A stretch of DNA of 64,000 nucleotides from Blastocladiella emersonii ATCC 22665 (lineage: Eukaryota > Fungi > Blastocladiomycota), in assembly GCA_025594325.1 (NCBI GenBank), contig JANHCV010000008.1, forward strand, positions 496,001 to 560,000, read 5' to 3'. Shown piece after piece: positions 60,653 to 64,000 of the stretch. Position 1 is the first letter of the stretch. Each line of letters opens with the position of its first letter. A program made the position numbers and the translations under genes. A model generated the notes under the pieces. It was not told where the DNA came from, did no database searches, and saw nothing but the letters and a program-made list of their open reading frames with translations.

Positions 60653-62571
60653 ATGAACTCATCTAATGAAGAAGCTTGCTCAGCACTCGGTGCAATGACT
60701 TTGTCCATGTCATCCGATCCACCACCGGGGCTCGCAGTTGACGAGCGCAACATGACGGGATCGCTTGCGCGCCTGTGCGACGCGCGCATTCAGCACATCA
60801 CACAAGGCCTCTCCCACCGCCTGTCACACTCGCCTTGGCTTGAAACCTCAGCATTTGATCGCTCATCAGACCATTTACGCGAGCTCGAAGGCCGGGTTGC
60901 AGTTCTCGAGGTGTCGCTGCCATCTTCGCCGTTTCCTCGCGAGCCGTCCATCTCGGCTTCGCACCGTGCCCCAAGATTTCCTCATACTTCGCTTCCTCAT
61001 GATTTATTGGCGTTCCGCTAGCGCTCACGCTCACGCTCGAAATCGCGCGCGCCCCTTGTCGCCACTTTCAGTTCTGGTTTGCAGTCACCGTCGCGGACTC
61101 TTCAAGGCGAATCCTTAACACCATCCTTATCCCCGCCGCGGGAGGAGTTTGACTCCGAGTCGCAGTCTCAATCGCAGTCAATTTCTCGTTCCGATTCGGA
61201 ACTCCAGCTTCGCTTATCACCGCACGGCCAGCGGATTCCCCAGCCGGTTTCCACCCGACCCAACCGTACTGCTGGTCCTATCCCGCGCGGCAGGCTGCGC
61301 TCTCTTGTCCGCTCGTCCTGCAACATGATCAAAGATACTAACATGGAGGCACCGGCGGGACTGGCCGATTTCCGCGAGTTTCTCGAAGACTTCCTCAAAA
61401 GATCCGGCCCTGGTCATCTCGCATACGCAGCTCTTATATGTGCCGCCCCAGCCTTCAGCCGCACATCTTCCACGCACTGGCCCTCGTATTGGACGACGAA
61501 ATGCCCGACGCGGCGGCATGGGAGGCCATCGTCGAGGTACTCAGCCCGTAGAGTCGTCCGCACCACGTTTTCGAGTGGATCCGTCTCGTGCGCCGCCACG
61601 GCGAACCGCTTGGCCAGTTTGCGGCCCGATTCGAGCAGTTTCTCAACTGTTTTTCGTCCGCCAGCCGAATTACCACCCAATTTTCCTTGCGCCTGACTTT
61701 CCTTGAAAAGGCATTTCCACAAACACTTGACAGACGGATGTGGAATTATCTTTGCGAACTTGTACGAAGAGATGCACCTCTTCGCGATCTAGTTCGTAGG
61801 AACGAGCAAGTTGAGGCCGACTTTCAGAGCGAGCGGGGCCGTACTCTGCCTGTTCAACCTCATCGTTCAAAACAGCGGCTCAACTGCTGCACGGCAGCAA
61901 CAAACGAGACCAGCCTACTTCAACCGAGACTCAACAGCCTCATTCGCGTGCTGCAGTTCAGCTGCTTCCTCCTACACCGCAATCGACCCGGCGCGTACCC
62001 CCTCGGTATTGCCAGCTCGAGCGTCTACATCAAGCTCAGCTACGCGTGATACAGTGTTTTCTTTCGCAGCTCAAGCTTGTTCCTCCTTCCTTATTTGAGA
62101 GCAAAAGTCTTCGACTACCCGCCCGTGGAAGGCTCAGCGCTAAGCTCAGCTCAAGTCGCCCCAGGCGACGCACCAGCTCGATCGCAAGCACGCCCCCAGC
62201 CCATCAAGCACAAAAGGCCCGAAGCCCATGACCCAATATGCGCGCTTTGCCGGTTCCTCGTACCATTCGATCACAAGGTCATGGTGCCGCACCATCTCAA
62301 AGACTGCAAGCGGGTGCGTGACCCTGGCCCAGCGATCCTGGCCATCAATCACGGTCTTCGCGTCGCGCGTATTCGGCTCTACCACGCCGATGGGATGCTC
62401 GCTGCCGGAAACAGACTTGAGGCCCGTATTCGCTTCCTTTTGGGCGACCTTCGAACGAAGAAACACATCCACGAGTCGATTTCGCTCGCCGTTGCGTTCT
62501 TCGAAGCGATCCTAATCCTCGACCCCAAGGTCATTGAGCGGATCTGGCGGAGGCTCTGTGACATGGTCTAA
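60653..62571 (+). pseudogene. RS/Gag-like family copy 15 (multiply disrupted)
   Basis: TAG at 61019-61021, frameshift at ~61442, a second TAG at ~61549, and a further frameshift before ORF 62077..62571. Confidence 0.8.
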
Positions 62572-62848
62572 CGTGTCGAGGACGAGAATCGCCACTTGTG
62601 CTGTGTCTAAGGAATAAAGGCATCGTTTGTGATGATTCAAGGACCTTCGCTACACGCACGGACGTCAGAACTTTAATGGATAGCAGGAAGCCTACAAAGG
62701 TACAGCGAGATCCGACTCGAGCCGCGAAAATCGACGCGCTCGCGATGTGTGGCTGCGCCACACACGTGCATAGAAGTGGTGTCGTTGGAGGGCAGGCGTG
62801 GCGAACCTATCGGCCGTCAATCCGACCTCGCTTCCCCGTCGAGATTCA

Positions 62849-64000
62849 ATGAATAGCTCCCATGTAAATCAACCTCCACTTGCTGCATATTGCTCGCCGA
62901 CGGTCATGGATCAGCCAGACGTGCCCGCTTTGATCTCTAGCCAAACTACCGCGCTCCTCCTCCAACTGTGCAACGCGCAGAATGAGCACATCCTCCAAGG
63001 TCTCGGCCACCGTGTTTCCGGCGCACCGTTTCTGGAGACACCGGGTTATCTCCAATCGGTCGCAATCGGTCGCCCCTATCCAAGCGCTTGCGCATGACCT
63101 CGAAGGGCTGGAGCGAGAGCAAGCCCGACTTGCTGTAAGCTCGCACTTGGCACCCGCACACTCGCCGTCCCGAGGCAGGTCTTTGACCTTGTTCCCTTCT
63201 ACTATGCATAAACGGGCCAAAGAGAGTCCTCGATCGCGCAGCCCACCCCGCTCACTGTGCAAGTCACGCGCCCCTTCGCGTTCGCGCTCGCACTCGCACT
63301 CTCGTGAACGCAGTAAACGCACATATTTATCCCGATCTCGTTCCCGTTCGCGCTCTTATTCTCGCTCGCGCTCTCGCTCTCGCTCTCGCTCTTGTAAACG
63401 CAACAAGCGCAGATCGTTACAGCGGCCACGCTCTCGTTCTCGTTCTCGTTCTCGTTCTCGTTCTCGTACTTACTCAAACTCGCGGCTTAGGCCACGATCA
63501 TTGAGCCGCTCGCCGACTCGTGCGACTCGAGCTGCACTACACTTGAGCACAGTAACGCCGGGTTTACACCGTTTGCAACCCTCAAACTTGGAACCCCCAT
63601 CGGCTATCAAGCCGCAAGCTGCACCGGACCGTCCTGGTCACGTCGAACCAAAGTGCGCCTTCTGCCAGCGCATCGTCCCTTTTGAGCGCCTACGCTTTGC
63701 GCCACACGTGTTTTCCAGGCGCCCTCGAGTGCGCGATCCGGTGAAAGCGGCAGAAGTCATCCACCTAGCTGCCCGTGTTGCGCGCCTTCGGTTGACTAAG
63801 GACGACATCGTCCCCTCCGCCAACTTGATTGAGGGCCCGTTTGGTCCAAAATCGCGTCAGAACGCCACGTCAGAACAGAACCGTGAGAATGACCTCATTC
63901 CGCTCCAGCCCGTTCTGCTCATAACCGTGACCCAAACGTCATCGCCTCATTTCATTCTCACACTCGCTGAGAACGCTCGCTGCGACCCGACGAAAGCGCG
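62849..64000 (+). pseudogene. RS/Gag-like family copy 16 lacking the capsid-like core (runs off window)
   Basis: N-terminal helix, then a frameshift at ~63070. My translation then gives an RS tract followed directly by EPKCAFCQRIVPFERLRFAPHVFSRR with no core, and the frame stays open to 64000. Confidence 0.7.

Noticed and set aside
1-64000. rRNA or tRNA genes
   Set aside because: None recognisable by eye; a tRNAscan/Infernal run would be needed to exclude them.

Overview
Eukaryotic genomic DNA. It is GC-rich, with short 56-73 nt GT-AG introns carrying CTAAC/CTGAC branch points. A SAXO-type axonemal gene implies a flagellated organism; an early-diverging zoosporic fungus is my best guess, but this is inference only. 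A few single-copy genes (UPF3 5' end, SAXO-like, an ankyrin/coiled-coil gene, a C2H2-finger gene) are interspersed with a large accessory cluster. The cluster is dominated by about 16 intronless, same-strand paralogs of one family I do not recognise. Their architecture is: conserved N-terminal helix (LC.ARI.HIRLGLSHRL), Arg/Ser (RS) repeat tract, a ~150-aa core resembling an LTR-retrotransposon Gag capsid (with an MHR-like motif), a C-x-F-C-x11-13-H-x4-C zinc knuckle, and a conserved helical tail. No protease, RT, integrase or LTR is visible, so these look like an expanded family of domesticated Gag-like genes. Five copies are intact and the rest carry stops, frameshifts or domain deletions. 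They are interleaved with duplicated DUF4470-like, F-box-like and RNI-type LRR genes. Most of these accessory genes share a ~40-nt start-proximal DNA motif (ATG..GAATGAA..ACTTGCTGCA(A)TG), which appears as an inverted pair at divergent gene pairs. All family assignments come from by-eye motif recognition; no database searches were run.
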